A DNA stretch of 56,585 nucleotides, from positions 1 through 56,585 of the IMG/VR virus record IMGVR_UViG_3300010043_000001; one strand, written 5' to 3'. The notes below the pieces were generated by a model. The model ran no database searches, had not been told where the DNA came from, and was given only the letters and a program-made list of their open reading frames with translations. A program made the position numbers and the translations under genes. Position 1 is the first letter of the stretch. Each line of letters begins with the position of its first letter. This DNA comes from a virus. This document shows positions 8,943-17,416 of this stretch, one piece after another.

Positions 8943-9223
8943 ATCATGATCTCGGCCACCACCTGCACCGCCGCCTGCAGATTGGGATCATCGGTATTGG
9001 CACCGTTCTGCTGAACGTTGACGTTCATGACCACGGCGGGAACCAGGGTCTGCGCCGTCTGATCGGGAGTCTGCATAGTCCGCTGCGCCCACTGGAAGCG
9101 GGAATTGCCCAAGGGGCCGGACTGCAGAATATATTGAGCATAGGTCAGCGCCGCTACCTTGACCCGTCCACGGAAGGTCGGATCGTTCATCAGTTGCGCT
9201 GATTCTTCAAAAGTCATAATCAC
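8939..9223 (-). CDS. Hypothetical protein (94 aa)
   Basis: Tracked ORF with a 4-nt overlap onto the downstream gene. Confidence 0.6.
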   Translation of the reverse strand: MIMTFEESAQLMNDPTFRGRVKVAALTYAQYILQSGPLGNSRFQWAQRTMQTPDQTAQTLVPAVVMNVNVQQNGANTDDPNLQAAVQVVAEIMI

Positions 9224-9229
9224 TCCTTC

Positions 9230-10582
9230 CTAAGGAAGTACCTGTACTCCATTAATGCGAACCACGCCGGTCAGATTGATGTCACCTACCACGTCGAGCG
9301 CATACTGCGGATTCGCCATCCCCACGCCAACCCTGACCGGCGCAATATTCAGCGGATCCATAATTTGGGTTGGAATCGATCCCAGTACAATCACTCCATT
9401 GCTGACCAGATACAAATTTGCATTTGCCTCAAGAATACTCAACCACATAGGAATGGCTTGGCCGGTAGGCGAATACGTAGAAATCAGACCGCCCTCAGCG
9501 TGCATAAACATGTAAATACCGTCTCGATTGAGGTTCGTGGCACTGATGTATTGGGATGACTCTATGTCGCCGTTCACGTCGAGCGCCCTCTGGGGATTCA
9601 GCGTATTGACTCCCACGTTGCCGCCCAGCGGGTTTAATACTAAGGGGCCTGCCAAACTAAGTCCATTTCCCGCTTGCATCCAAACCGCCCAGGGAGAACT
9701 AGTCGATACACCAAAGCCGAACTGTACATTGGGGACTCGGAGCATCAGATTCCCTGTCCCTATCGCACCCAGCAATGGGTCGATCAAATTGCCCCTGATC
9801 ACGACGTCGCCGTTGATGCCGTTCGCCTGAATCCTCATGCGCTCTTCGCTATCCACGAAGAACACCATGTCGCCCCTGATAATTCGGGGATCGACGGTGG
9901 TGACCTCGGTCACTTGAGTGCTGATCCGGTTTCCAGTGCTCGTCGGGACGGTGAAGAATGGAGTCCAGCCGTACCACTCTACGCTTTCCAGATAATCGCC
10001 GGATGAGATATTCCGCTCGGTGACCAGCGCGCAGTTGCCCCGGAGCATGGCGTTGCCTGCAACGTCCAGAGTCTCGTAAGGAGGATTCGGCGAGCTTATG
10101 TTCTGTATCCGCAGTCCCAACGGAGTGATGGATACCCAAGGTGTGTTTCCGGGTCCGGACAAACCGTATCCCGAAGCGCCAGAAAAACCTAAATTATTCA
10201 AATAGGATTGAGCGAGTATCGTGCCGGAATTGCTGCGCCAGTAAACCGTGGGATATTCGCTGGCGTCAACGTACAAATTCGATTGGACACGGCCCTCGCC
10301 CCCTACGTCGAGCGCATAGGCGGGGTTCGGTTGATTGATGCCCAACCGCGCATCCGGATTATTCCAGATCAGATTCCCGCTACCGCCGAACTGCCCGTTG
10401 TCGTTCCACTGCACGGCCATGTTCGGAGGCGCAGGAAGCCCGCCGGTAGAGGAAATCTGTATCCGGTTGGGCGGCACGTGGGTGATGGTGATGCCGGGAC
10501 CGGCGAGGATATCATCGAGGTCGGCGTCCTTGCCGGGGGGACCGGGAACCCAGCCGAAATTGGTGAAGCCGCCTGCCGCCAT
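9230..10582 (-). CDS. Tail-fibre-like protein 1 (450 aa)
   Basis: Tracked ORF with a Gly/Pro-rich N-terminus. The fibre-type motif occurs three times: NPAYALDVGGEG, NPQRALDVNGDI, NPQYALDVVGDINLTG. Confidence 0.7.
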   Translation of the reverse strand: MAAGGFTNFGWVPGPPGKDADLDDILAGPGITITHVPPNRIQISSTGGLPAPPNMAVQWNDNGQFGGSGNLIWNNPDARLGINQPNPAYALDVGGEGRVQSNLYVDASEYPTVYWRSNSGTILAQSYLNNLGFSGASGYGLSGPGNTPWVSITPLGLRIQNISSPNPPYETLDVAGNAMLRGNCALVTERNISSGDYLESVEWYGWTPFFTVPTSTGNRISTQVTEVTTVDPRIIRGDMVFFVDSEERMRIQANGINGDVVIRGNLIDPLLGAIGTGNLMLRVPNVQFGFGVSTSSPWAVWMQAGNGLSLAGPLVLNPLGGNVGVNTLNPQRALDVNGDIESSQYISATNLNRDGIYMFMHAEGGLISTYSPTGQAIPMWLSILEANANLYLVSNGVIVLGSIPTQIMDPLNIAPVRVGVGMANPQYALDVVGDINLTGVVRINGVQVLP

Positions 10583-10602
10583 TTCAATGACGAGGGTACA
10601 AC

Positions 10603-10629
10603 ACTAGTCAGGACTAGCGCTAGACTAGC
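10603..10629. promoter_or_regulatory. Operator-like ACTAG triplet in the 50-bp divergent intergenic region
   Basis: ACTAGTCAGGACTAGCGCTAGACTAGC. ACTAG begins at 10603, 10613 and 10624 (10-11 bp phasing) with nested palindromes CTAGTC/GACTAG and TAGCGCTA. It lies between divergent genes 10582(-) and 10633(+). Confidence 0.35.
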
Positions 10630-10632
10630 CGC

Positions 10633-11607
10633 ATGATCGACTGGAGCCAACGCATCGATGAGCTTGCGGTGTGTCTGAGCCGGGAATACCGCATGGAAGA
10701 CCGGGCCGCCCTGGAAATTCTGCTGTCGGCCCTGGTGCCCTGCCCGCGCACCGCGAACCTGTGGATTGTGCTCGAAACCAACTTTTACGGGCGCAACTGC
10801 AACCCCGGCTGGTTCTCGCTGGGCGAGACCTGGAGTCCGGTGTCGCTATCGCAGATCCGCACCCGCCATCCCTGGCGGGAAATCGAGGCCATGGTGAAGG
10901 AGCTTCTGGACACCGAAGAGGAGCACCTGTTCATCGAGCCGGATTTCGAACGCTACCCGATGTTCAGCCGCATCTCCAATTCCCTGTTTGTGCTCGACCG
11001 TTCGCTGAGGCTGCGGGCCGTCACCCCGCGCACACCGGGCGATCATCTGATGGTGGTCGATCAGCGCGAGCAGGAGCGCATCACCGATCAGGTGAACGCC
11101 TACACCCGCGCCGTCATCCTGGACCCGGCGGAATCGCGGCCAGCCGATCCGCCGAAATTTCACGAACCAGCGCATTTCGCTTATACCATCGAACTGGTGG
11201 AGCGGCTCTCGCCCTGGTTCCGCGACTGGACCACGCTGGCCAGAAATTTCCCGCTGCTGGCGGTGCGCCACGCGTGGCTTTACGGGCGCAGCGAGACCGG
11301 GCCGGAAGATCTCGCCCTGCTGGCGCGGATGGCGCACGATTCCATCCCTCCCTGGATCGAGACCGCGATCCGCATCCTGCTCGAAGGACCGGGCACTCCC
11401 GCGCGGCTCGAAAAAGCCATGGGGCTGGAGGAAAAAACCCGGCGCAGCGGCCACGGGGCGCACCGCGAACTGATCCGTCTGCGGCGGCGCGGCCTGATCC
11501 AGTGGAACCAGCAGAAGTTCCACTGGAGACTGCGCGAGGAACACCGCCAGGGGTTAAGCCAGCTGATCGAGGGCACGGCCTTCGGACCACAGGCACAGGC
11601 GGCTTAA
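10633..11607 (+). CDS. Hypothetical early protein (324 aa)
   Basis: Tracked ORF with protein-like composition. The overlapping 353-aa frame 10671..11732 is R/G/P/A-rich off-frame sequence. Confidence 0.65.
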   Translation: MIDWSQRIDELAVCLSREYRMEDRAALEILLSALVPCPRTANLWIVLETNFYGRNCNPGWFSLGETWSPVSLSQIRTRHPWREIEAMVKELLDTEEEHLFIEPDFERYPMFSRISNSLFVLDRSLRLRAVTPRTPGDHLMVVDQREQERITDQVNAYTRAVILDPAESRPADPPKFHEPAHFAYTIELVERLSPWFRDWTTLARNFPLLAVRHAWLYGRSETGPEDLALLARMAHDSIPPWIETAIRILLEGPGTPARLEKAMGLEEKTRRSGHGAHRELIRLRRRGLIQWNQQKFHWRLREEHRQGLSQLIEGTAFGPQAQAA

Positions 11608-11652
11608 CCCAGGTACCAGATCCTCTATTTCCCCTAGCTATTCCGAGCCAGT

Positions 11653-11711
11653 ACGGCAGTCACGGATTCTTTGTGCATAAACTAAACCAATTGCCGTCAC
11701 TGCCGTTTTTT
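11653..11711 (+). terminator. Hairpin plus T6 (possible intrinsic terminator, long loop)
   Basis: ACGGCAGTCACGG (11653..11665) pairs with CCGTCACTGCCGT (11694..11706) at 12/13 positions, followed by TTTTTT. The loop is about 28 nt. Confidence 0.4.
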
Positions 11712-11931
11712 CCGCTACGTAACAGGAATTAATCAGTACGTCTAAATGCATGCATTTCAGGTAGATACAGCCTTACTAACGCTGTGTCAGCCACGTCATC
11801 AACCGGTTACGAAAGTTTTTAAAATCATAGTAAATCTACACACGTTACCTCTATCTAGATGAAAAGCATGCAGTTACAAGCAGATTCACTGGAAATTACA
11901 GCGGCGCTATAAAAAGTACCAGCGCTGTAAA

Positions 11932-11960
11932 TTGCAGACCGCAAAGCAGGGGCGTATTAT
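11932..11960 (+). promoter_or_regulatory. Sigma70-like promoter candidate for the 12068.. operon
   Basis: TTGCAG (11932..11937), 17-nt spacer, TATTAT (11955..11960), inside an AT-rich 450-bp gap. Confidence 0.35.
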
Positions 11961-12067
11961 ACGGGCATTGTACGGTTGCAACCTACAGAAAGCAAGGTAC
12001 TAAGGTGTTTACGGCGAGACCTGAAGCACCCACTGAAAGTTAGAAATTACACTCATGGCGGTAAGAA

Positions 12068-12547
12068 ATGAGGAAGCCAAGCACTAAAACGGCCATCGTC
12101 TATCTGCAAGATCACACCTGGATTATGCGGGAGAAAAAACGACTCTTCCGCGAGACCAAGCAACCCCTCACCGTACCCGCGTTTCTGCACGACTTCGTGT
12201 TTATCCCGCGCCAGAACGGGCATCCCCCGCCGGACGAGGTGATCGAGTGGTACAGCGTTCCCGAGGGGCCGTGCAACCATCTGAACGGCACCTGGACGCA
12301 CCTGACCGGCGGCAGTTTGGAGCAAGCCATGGGCTTCGGCTGGATGGCGGCGGTCCACCCCGAGGATCTGGCGCGGATTCAGCCGGTGATGGACGCCGCC
12401 ATGCCGCTGAAAAAGCCCTACACCTACGAATTCCGGCTGCGACTGGCCAATGGCGAGTACCGCTGGATGCGCTGCCAGGGCGTGCCCCATTACGCCGCCG
12501 ACGGCACCTTCCTGGGGTACCGCGGCACCGCCCAACCCTTACCCTAA
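12068..12547 (+). CDS. PAS-domain protein
   Basis: Tracked 159-aa ORF. GFGWMAAVHPEDLARIQPVM...YTYEFRLRLANGEYRWMRCQGVPHYAADGTFLGYRGTA fits the PAS_3 pattern (W..vHPeD ... YE.R....G.yrW ... D..G...G..G). Confidence 0.7.
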   Translation: MRKPSTKTAIVYLQDHTWIMREKKRLFRETKQPLTVPAFLHDFVFIPRQNGHPPPDEVIEWYSVPEGPCNHLNGTWTHLTGGSLEQAMGFGWMAAVHPEDLARIQPVMDAAMPLKKPYTYEFRLRLANGEYRWMRCQGVPHYAADGTFLGYRGTAQPLP

Positions 12548-12568
12548 CTTTTTTAGCGAGGTTTTCAT

Positions 12569-13516
12569 ATGAATGCCATAGAAGACGCCACCCGTGTGCC
12601 CGCACGCGAAATCGCCAGCCAGCGGGGCATGTCGCGCGACGACATCGAACTGCTGAAGGACACCATCTGCAAAGGTTCCCGCGACGAGGAGTTGAAGCTG
12701 TTCGTACGCGTAGCCGACCGCCTCAAACTCGATCCCTTCGCCCGCCAGATCTATGCGGTGAAGCGCTGGGACGGCACGCTCAAGAGGGAGGTTATGACGT
12801 TTCAGGTGGCCATCGACGGCTTTAGGTTGGTCGCCGAACGCAGCGGGCGCTACCAGGGGCAGGACGGGCCTTACTGGTGCGGGGCGGACGGGGTCTGGCG
12901 CGATGTCTGGCTGGATGAAATGCATCCCCCGCGAGCCGCCAAGGTGGGCGTGTATAAGTCCACCTTCGCCAAGCCCCTGTATGCGGTCGCCCGTTATGCG
13001 GAGTACGTGCAGCTGACGCGCGAGGGTCATCCGAACGCGATGTGGACCAAGATGGCCAGCGGCCAGTTGGCCAAATGCGCCGAAGCCCTGGCCTTGCGCA
13101 AGGCTTTTCCCGAAGAGTTGTCCGGTATTTATACCGGAGACGAAATGGCACAGGCGGATAACCCCACGGTTCCGCCCGCGCCTGAGGCGGCGGTGAGGGC
13201 CGTACCTTCACCGCCGGCATCCGCCCAGGGCGTGCCGGAGGAGGTCGAAATGATCTGGGAATCGATGAAGACGATCAAGGACGTGTGTGCCATCTTCGCG
13301 CAGCTGAAGGCGCGGCTGATGGCCATCGATCAGGCAGGCGGCGAAGCCGAATACTACCGGATTTTAAAAGAGCACGGCAAGGTCGAGCACGCCAACCAGT
13401 TGAAGCGCAACGCGGCCAGGGTGTGCAGCCTGAAGCTGTGGGAGACGATCCAGCGGGTCGAGGCCCTGGTAATGGAGATGACCGACGATGGAGACAACGC
13501 TGTACGCGATCACTGA
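12569..13516 (+). CDS. recT: RecT/Bet-family single-strand annealing recombinase
   Basis: Tracked 315-aa ORF. LFVRVADRLKLDPFARQIYAV...FQVAIDGFRLVAERSGRYQG...MWTKMASGQLAKCAEALALRKAFPE is typical of RecT. Confidence 0.8.
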   Translation: MNAIEDATRVPAREIASQRGMSRDDIELLKDTICKGSRDEELKLFVRVADRLKLDPFARQIYAVKRWDGTLKREVMTFQVAIDGFRLVAERSGRYQGQDGPYWCGADGVWRDVWLDEMHPPRAAKVGVYKSTFAKPLYAVARYAEYVQLTREGHPNAMWTKMASGQLAKCAEALALRKAFPEELSGIYTGDEMAQADNPTVPPAPEAAVRAVPSPPASAQGVPEEVEMIWESMKTIKDVCAIFAQLKARLMAIDQAGGEAEYYRILKEHGKVEHANQLKRNAARVCSLKLWETIQRVEALVMEMTDDGDNAVRDH

Positions 13517-13991
13517 CGAACTGGCGGCGCTCATGAATTCCTACGATCTGTGCGAGACGGAGAGCGAGCGCAGCGCCTGCCAGGGGGAGATTCAGGCTGT
13601 GGTGGAAAAGCTGGTCAAGAAAGTCGATGGCTGCGCACACTATCTGGCTCACCTGGAGAGCCAGTCCTCGCTGGCCAGTGCGGAAATCGACCGCCTGAAA
13701 AAGCGGCGGGATTATTTCGAACACATGCTCGACCGGCTGCGAGGGTACATCATCCGCGTGATGCAGATGCAGAACGTAAAAAAGCTCGACGGGGAGACCA
13801 ACTCGCTGGCTCTGCGGCAGAATCCGCCCTCGGTCGAGATCACCGACCTCGATCTGGTCCCCGCCGAATACAAAACCGTCAGGACCGAGACCAGCCCCAA
13901 CAAGACCGCGCTGCGCAAAGCCATGGAGGGCGGCGCGGACATTCCCGGTGCCGATCTGGTGTTCGGCAGCGTGACCCTGGTGCGGCGATGA
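13488..13991 (+). CDS. Siphovirus Gp157-like protein
   Basis: Tracked 167-aa ORF. It is coiled-coil rich with ...EIDRLKKRRDYFEHMLDRLRGYI...VEITDLDLVPAEY, and sits directly after recT as usual for this family. Confidence 0.5.
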   Translation: METTLYAITDELAALMNSYDLCETESERSACQGEIQAVVEKLVKKVDGCAHYLAHLESQSSLASAEIDRLKKRRDYFEHMLDRLRGYIIRVMQMQNVKKLDGETNSLALRQNPPSVEITDLDLVPAEYKTVRTETSPNKTALRKAMEGGADIPGADLVFGSVTLVRR

Positions 13992-14239
13992 AAAAAATGC
14001 GCTCGCGCGAGGAGATCGCCAGCCGCTTGGCGCTTTACGCGGAGAGCCTGATGGACGCGGAAACGGCGGACCAGATCTACCAGGGCGACCAGCCGCGCCG
14101 CGAACAGGCCGAGCATTTCACAGCGGCGCTGGTGTGGGCGCTGGGCGAGGACAATCCGGACATGCGCGAGATGCGCGAGTGGCTGCAATACCGGCTGCGC
14201 ACTCTGGCCATGATTTTCTTTAAGGAAGGCAGACGATGA
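13988..14239 (+). CDS. Hypothetical protein (83 aa)
   Basis: Internal ATG (MKKMRSREEIASRL...) of tracked ORF 13550..14239, with an ATGA overlap onto the upstream stop. Confidence 0.55.
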   Translation: MKKMRSREEIASRLALYAESLMDAETADQIYQGDQPRREQAEHFTAALVWALGEDNPDMREMREWLQYRLRTLAMIFFKEGRR

Positions 14240-14373
14240 ATTACCCACGGACGCTTTTATTTCTGGCGGGGCTGATCCTGCTGGTGCTGGATGCGCTGGA
14301 GATCACGGTCCCCAGGTGCAAGCTGCAATCGGCGGGGTTGTGCCTGTGCTTTCTGGCGGAGATGCTGCGATGA
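14236..14373 (+). CDS. Small hydrophobic protein (45 aa)
   Basis: Below the track cutoff. Manual translation gives MNYPRTLLFLAGLILLVLDALEITVPRCKLQSAGLCLCFLAEMLR. ATGA overlaps at both ends. Confidence 0.45.
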   Translation: MNYPRTLLFLAGLILLVLDALEITVPRCKLQSAGLCLCFLAEMLR

Positions 14374-14606
14374 GCGACACCACCTTCGAGAAGCACTACA
14401 CGATTGCGCAACTGGTCGAATGCTGGGGCCTTTCCACGGCCACGGTGCGGCGCGAGGTGATGAACGAGGAAGGCGTGGTCAAAAAGGCCGGTCCCGGCGG
14501 CAAGATCGCCTACCGCATCCCCGAATCGGTAGCACGGCGCATTCACACGCGGCTCATCAACCCGCCCAAGAAGAATCAATTCGTCTACCCGATGCTGGCC
14601 AAATGA
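14370..14606 (+). CDS. xis: Excisionase-type HTH DNA-binding protein
   Basis: Internal ATG (MSDTTFEKHYTIAQLVECWGLSTATVRREV...) of ORF 14316..14606. HTH_17-like, convergent with and 2 nt from the integrase gene. Confidence 0.6.
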   Translation: MSDTTFEKHYTIAQLVECWGLSTATVRREVMNEEGVVKKAGPGGKIAYRIPESVARRIHTRLINPPKKNQFVYPMLAK

Positions 14607-14608
14607 CT

Positions 14609-15826
14609 TCACTTCACCTTATACAGCAGGGCTCCTCGGCGGTCGAAGGCCTCCTTGAGCACGCTGCGCAGCCGGTCGCGGCGCTCGCTGACCCACTTGG
14701 AGTAGCTGTTGCGCACCACTTCTTCGGTGTCGCCCAAGAGGTCGGCCACGTCGCGCACCGGGGTGCCGCGTTCCAGCAGGATACGCACGAAGGTGTGCCG
14801 GAAGCGGTGATGCGTGGGCCGCTCCTCGAACGGTCCCGCCAGACTCCACACGGTGTTCAGCCGCATACGCCAGGTTTTGCCGAGGGTCACGGGATCGTCG
14901 CTGGTTCGCGCCCCGAAAATATACGACCCCCACTTTTCGGCCCGCTGGCGGATGATCTCCTGCAACCATTCAGGTACCCAGGTGTCCACCCAATTTCCGT
15001 TTTTCCGCGCCCGGAAATGGATGTCGCCTTCTTCGGTCATGCGCGAGATGTGGAAGGTGGCCATATCGGAGATGCGCAATCCGGTGTAGGTGGAGATCAG
15101 CATGAACTGGGCCACGTCTTCGCCGAAAAATTTCTGGTGCGGGTGGTGGCTGGGGTAACGGCGGCAAGCGGCGAGCATACGTTCCAGTTCGGCGTCGGTG
15201 AACGGGGATTTTTCGCATGGGCGGGAAGCTTCGCGCTGGTTGCGGTTGCAGCCGCGTGCCGGGAGTTCCACCGGATTCTCGGCGATGCACTTTTTATGGC
15301 GGTTGAAAAACAGACGCAGGAAGCTGAAATTCTGCTTGTGATAGCGGATCGAGCCTTTCCAGGAGGCGCGGAACTGGGCCATATCCTCGTCGGTCCACTG
15401 ATCGAGGTAGGTGTAGCGTTTCTGTTCGACGGAAAACTCCTGGAATTTTTTGAGGATTCCGGTGTAGCGGCGGACGGTGCCGAGGGCGCTCTCATTGTCC
15501 TTGTATTGGTTGAGGGTCATTTCCACGGCGGTAGAGATTTCGCGCCGGGTTTTGGCGGCGGGCGGCGGGGGAGCGCCCGGAGGGGGCGGGGTGAAGTCGT
15601 ACTCCCAGCGTTCGGCCACGGCGCGGGCTTCAGCAAAGGTGATGCATTTGGTGTTGCGGCGGAATTTCGGGTTGTTGCCGAGCTTGCCGGAAGCGTAGAT
15701 GGGGCAGCCGCATTTCTTCCATTTGGGGCGGCGCTCATCGGATTCGTAGCTCTGAAAGTCCGGTTTATGTCCGGCGGGGCAGCCGGAGCGCAGGTGACGG
15801 CGGTAGAGGTTGAGGGGCATGGTCAC
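14609..15826 (-). CDS. int: Tyrosine integrase
   Basis: Tracked 405-aa ORF with catalytic signature TGLRISD ... HRFRHTF ... LLGDTEEVVRNSYSKW (R, HxxR, Y). Confidence 0.9.
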   Translation of the reverse strand: MTMPLNLYRRHLRSGCPAGHKPDFQSYESDERRPKWKKCGCPIYASGKLGNNPKFRRNTKCITFAEARAVAERWEYDFTPPPPGAPPPPAAKTRREISTAVEMTLNQYKDNESALGTVRRYTGILKKFQEFSVEQKRYTYLDQWTDEDMAQFRASWKGSIRYHKQNFSFLRLFFNRHKKCIAENPVELPARGCNRNQREASRPCEKSPFTDAELERMLAACRRYPSHHPHQKFFGEDVAQFMLISTYTGLRISDMATFHISRMTEEGDIHFRARKNGNWVDTWVPEWLQEIIRQRAEKWGSYIFGARTSDDPVTLGKTWRMRLNTVWSLAGPFEERPTHHRFRHTFVRILLERGTPVRDVADLLGDTEEVVRNSYSKWVSERRDRLRSVLKEAFDRRGALLYKVK

Positions 15827-15840
15827 ATGATACCAGATTC

Positions 15841-16023
15841 TTCCCCACTATTCCCCACTACGCATGATTTTATGCAGTTAAGTACCTTATTTTTCATAAA
15901 TGTGCTGTGTGTTCAGATATTTGAGCTTAAGTCTTTAGTATCAATAATATCAACGCATTCTGCTCTTCAGGTTGTTCAGATTTTTCGCTGTTCTTCAGGT
16001 GTGTTCCCCACAATTCCCCACGG
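15841..16023. other. Candidate attP region with arm-type repeats
   Basis: TTCCCCAC occurs as tandem 10-bp pairs at 15841/15851 and 16004/16014. These flank an AT-rich stretch of about 145 bp that also holds TCTTCAGGT twice (15964, 15992). The region is directly upstream of int. Confidence 0.45.
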
Positions 16024-16032
16024 AGCCATACC

Positions 16033-16587
16033 ATGCCGATAACCGTTTCCCATCCCGATTTTGCGGCTATCCGTCCCGATGCCGTGAAGCTGGTGCTGAA
16101 CGAGGAGCAGATGCAGCGGGCGGCGAGCATGGGGTGCGCCCGCCAGTTGGCGGCGATCCGCAAGCGCAGGCCGGGATACTACGGCAACAAGGGAGAGGAC
16201 GCCTGGACGCACCACATCGAGGGATGCGGCGGGGAGCAGGCCGGGTGCCTGTATTACGGGCTGGCCTGGATGGGTTATGCCCATGAACTGCGGCGCAACG
16301 GGGTGAAGCTGGCCGACGGCGGAGAGCAGGTGGAATTCCGCACCGGCCTCAGCTACCGCTGCCGCCTGATCGTGCATCCCGACGACCGGGACGACCGGCT
16401 GTTCGTGCTGGTGGTGGGCCGTATGCCGACCTATTACATCCAGGGCTGGATACCGGGAGCGGAAGCCAAGCGGGATAAGTGGTGGGAAGACCCTTCCGGC
16501 AAAAACCGGCCCGCGTATTTCGTTCCCGCGAACAAATTGCATCCACCGAACGCGTTGCAGAACCGGCTGTGGGAGTGCCCGTTTTAG
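16033..16587 (+). CDS. Hypothetical protein (184 aa)
   Basis: Tracked ORF. HIEGCGGEQAG ... DGGEQVEFR could be a PD-(D/E)xK-like nuclease signature, but this is weak. Confidence 0.55.
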   Translation: MPITVSHPDFAAIRPDAVKLVLNEEQMQRAASMGCARQLAAIRKRRPGYYGNKGEDAWTHHIEGCGGEQAGCLYYGLAWMGYAHELRRNGVKLADGGEQVEFRTGLSYRCRLIVHPDDRDDRLFVLVVGRMPTYYIQGWIPGAEAKRDKWWEDPSGKNRPAYFVPANKLHPPNALQNRLWECPF

Positions 16588-16596
16588 GAGAAATCG

Positions 16597-16965
16597 ATGA
16601 AGTGCAAAAAGTGTGGAGCCAATATTCCCGACGATCACGTCGCCTGTCCGGCCTGCACCATGGCGAAATCCAGACAAGCGTACCTGGAATACCAGAAACA
16701 CTACCTGCCGCGCGTGATCGAGGGCAAGGCGGTGCTCAGGATCACGCGCCAGGGTGACCGGCCCTGGCATCTGGTGCTGGTGGGCGATCCTTACCATGCC
16801 TACTGCGGCGAGCCGGTGAGTCCGGCATGGAGCCAGCGGCGGGAGCATCTGGACGAGTTGCCGACCAAAGTATGCGCTCTGTGCCGGGACGTATTCACCC
16901 GCTTAAAAGAGGAGGTGACGGATGCCGAGGTTCCGGCTGACATCGGAAAAAATCCGGCTGAGTGA
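16597..16965 (+). CDS. Zinc-ribbon protein (122 aa)
   Basis: Tracked ORF with CKKCGANIPDDHVACPAC at the N-terminus and a second Cys pair (CALC) near the C-terminus. Confidence 0.55.
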   Translation: MKCKKCGANIPDDHVACPACTMAKSRQAYLEYQKHYLPRVIEGKAVLRITRQGDRPWHLVLVGDPYHAYCGEPVSPAWSQRREHLDELPTKVCALCRDVFTRLKEEVTDAEVPADIGKNPAE

Positions 16966-17269
16966 GAACGACGTGGAGCGGGCCTGTCTGGATCTGTTGC
17001 GGCTCAAGGGATACCGGCCCCAGCGCTTGCAGGTGGGCCGGTTCAAAACCAGCGACGGGCGCTGGATCAACGTGGGCGAGCCGGGGATACCGGATTACTG
17101 CGTGCCGCGTTTTTACGTGGAAACCAAAGCACCGGGCCACTCCCTGAGCGAGATCCAGCAGGTCAGAATCATGGAACTGGAACGTTCCTGGAACGTGCCG
17201 GTGGCGGTGGTGGATTCGGTGGAAGCGCTGGCCCGCTGGCTGGAGGAATTCGAGCAGAAGTCCAGATAA
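16922..17269 (+). CDS. VRR-NUC domain nuclease
   Basis: Tracked 115-aa ORF. E..ACLDLLRLKGY...GEPGIPDYCVPRFYVETKAPGHSLSEIQ fits the VRR-NUC pattern (G.PD ... vE.K ... ls..Q). Confidence 0.7.
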   Translation: MPRFRLTSEKIRLSENDVERACLDLLRLKGYRPQRLQVGRFKTSDGRWINVGEPGIPDYCVPRFYVETKAPGHSLSEIQQVRIMELERSWNVPVAVVDSVEALARWLEEFEQKSR

Positions 17270-17276
17270 AAAAATT

Positions 17277-17312
17277 GTCAGCCCGCCGATCTTGGGTGAG
17301 GAGCGGGCTGAC
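17277..17312. other. 10-bp perfect hairpin after the VRR-NUC gene
   Basis: GTCAGCCCGC (17277..17286) pairs with GCGGGCTGAC (17303..17312) across a 16-nt loop. An A7 run lies upstream, which is a T-run only on the minus strand. No T-run follows on the plus strand. Confidence 0.35.
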
Positions 17313-17416
17313 CTGTCATCAACCGTGTAAGTGAAACTCTGAATCGCAAAGCAAAGTCTAGCGGAGCAACGCTAGGTGGGTTTAGTGCTTTTCAGCATAG
17401 CAGAAAGGCGAAGCTT

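Noticed and set aside
10671-11732. The 353-aa ORF overlapping 10633..11607 in another frame.
   Set aside because: R/G/P/A-dominated composition typical of a shadow frame. The 10633 frame has balanced, protein-like sequence and starts right after the divergent control region.
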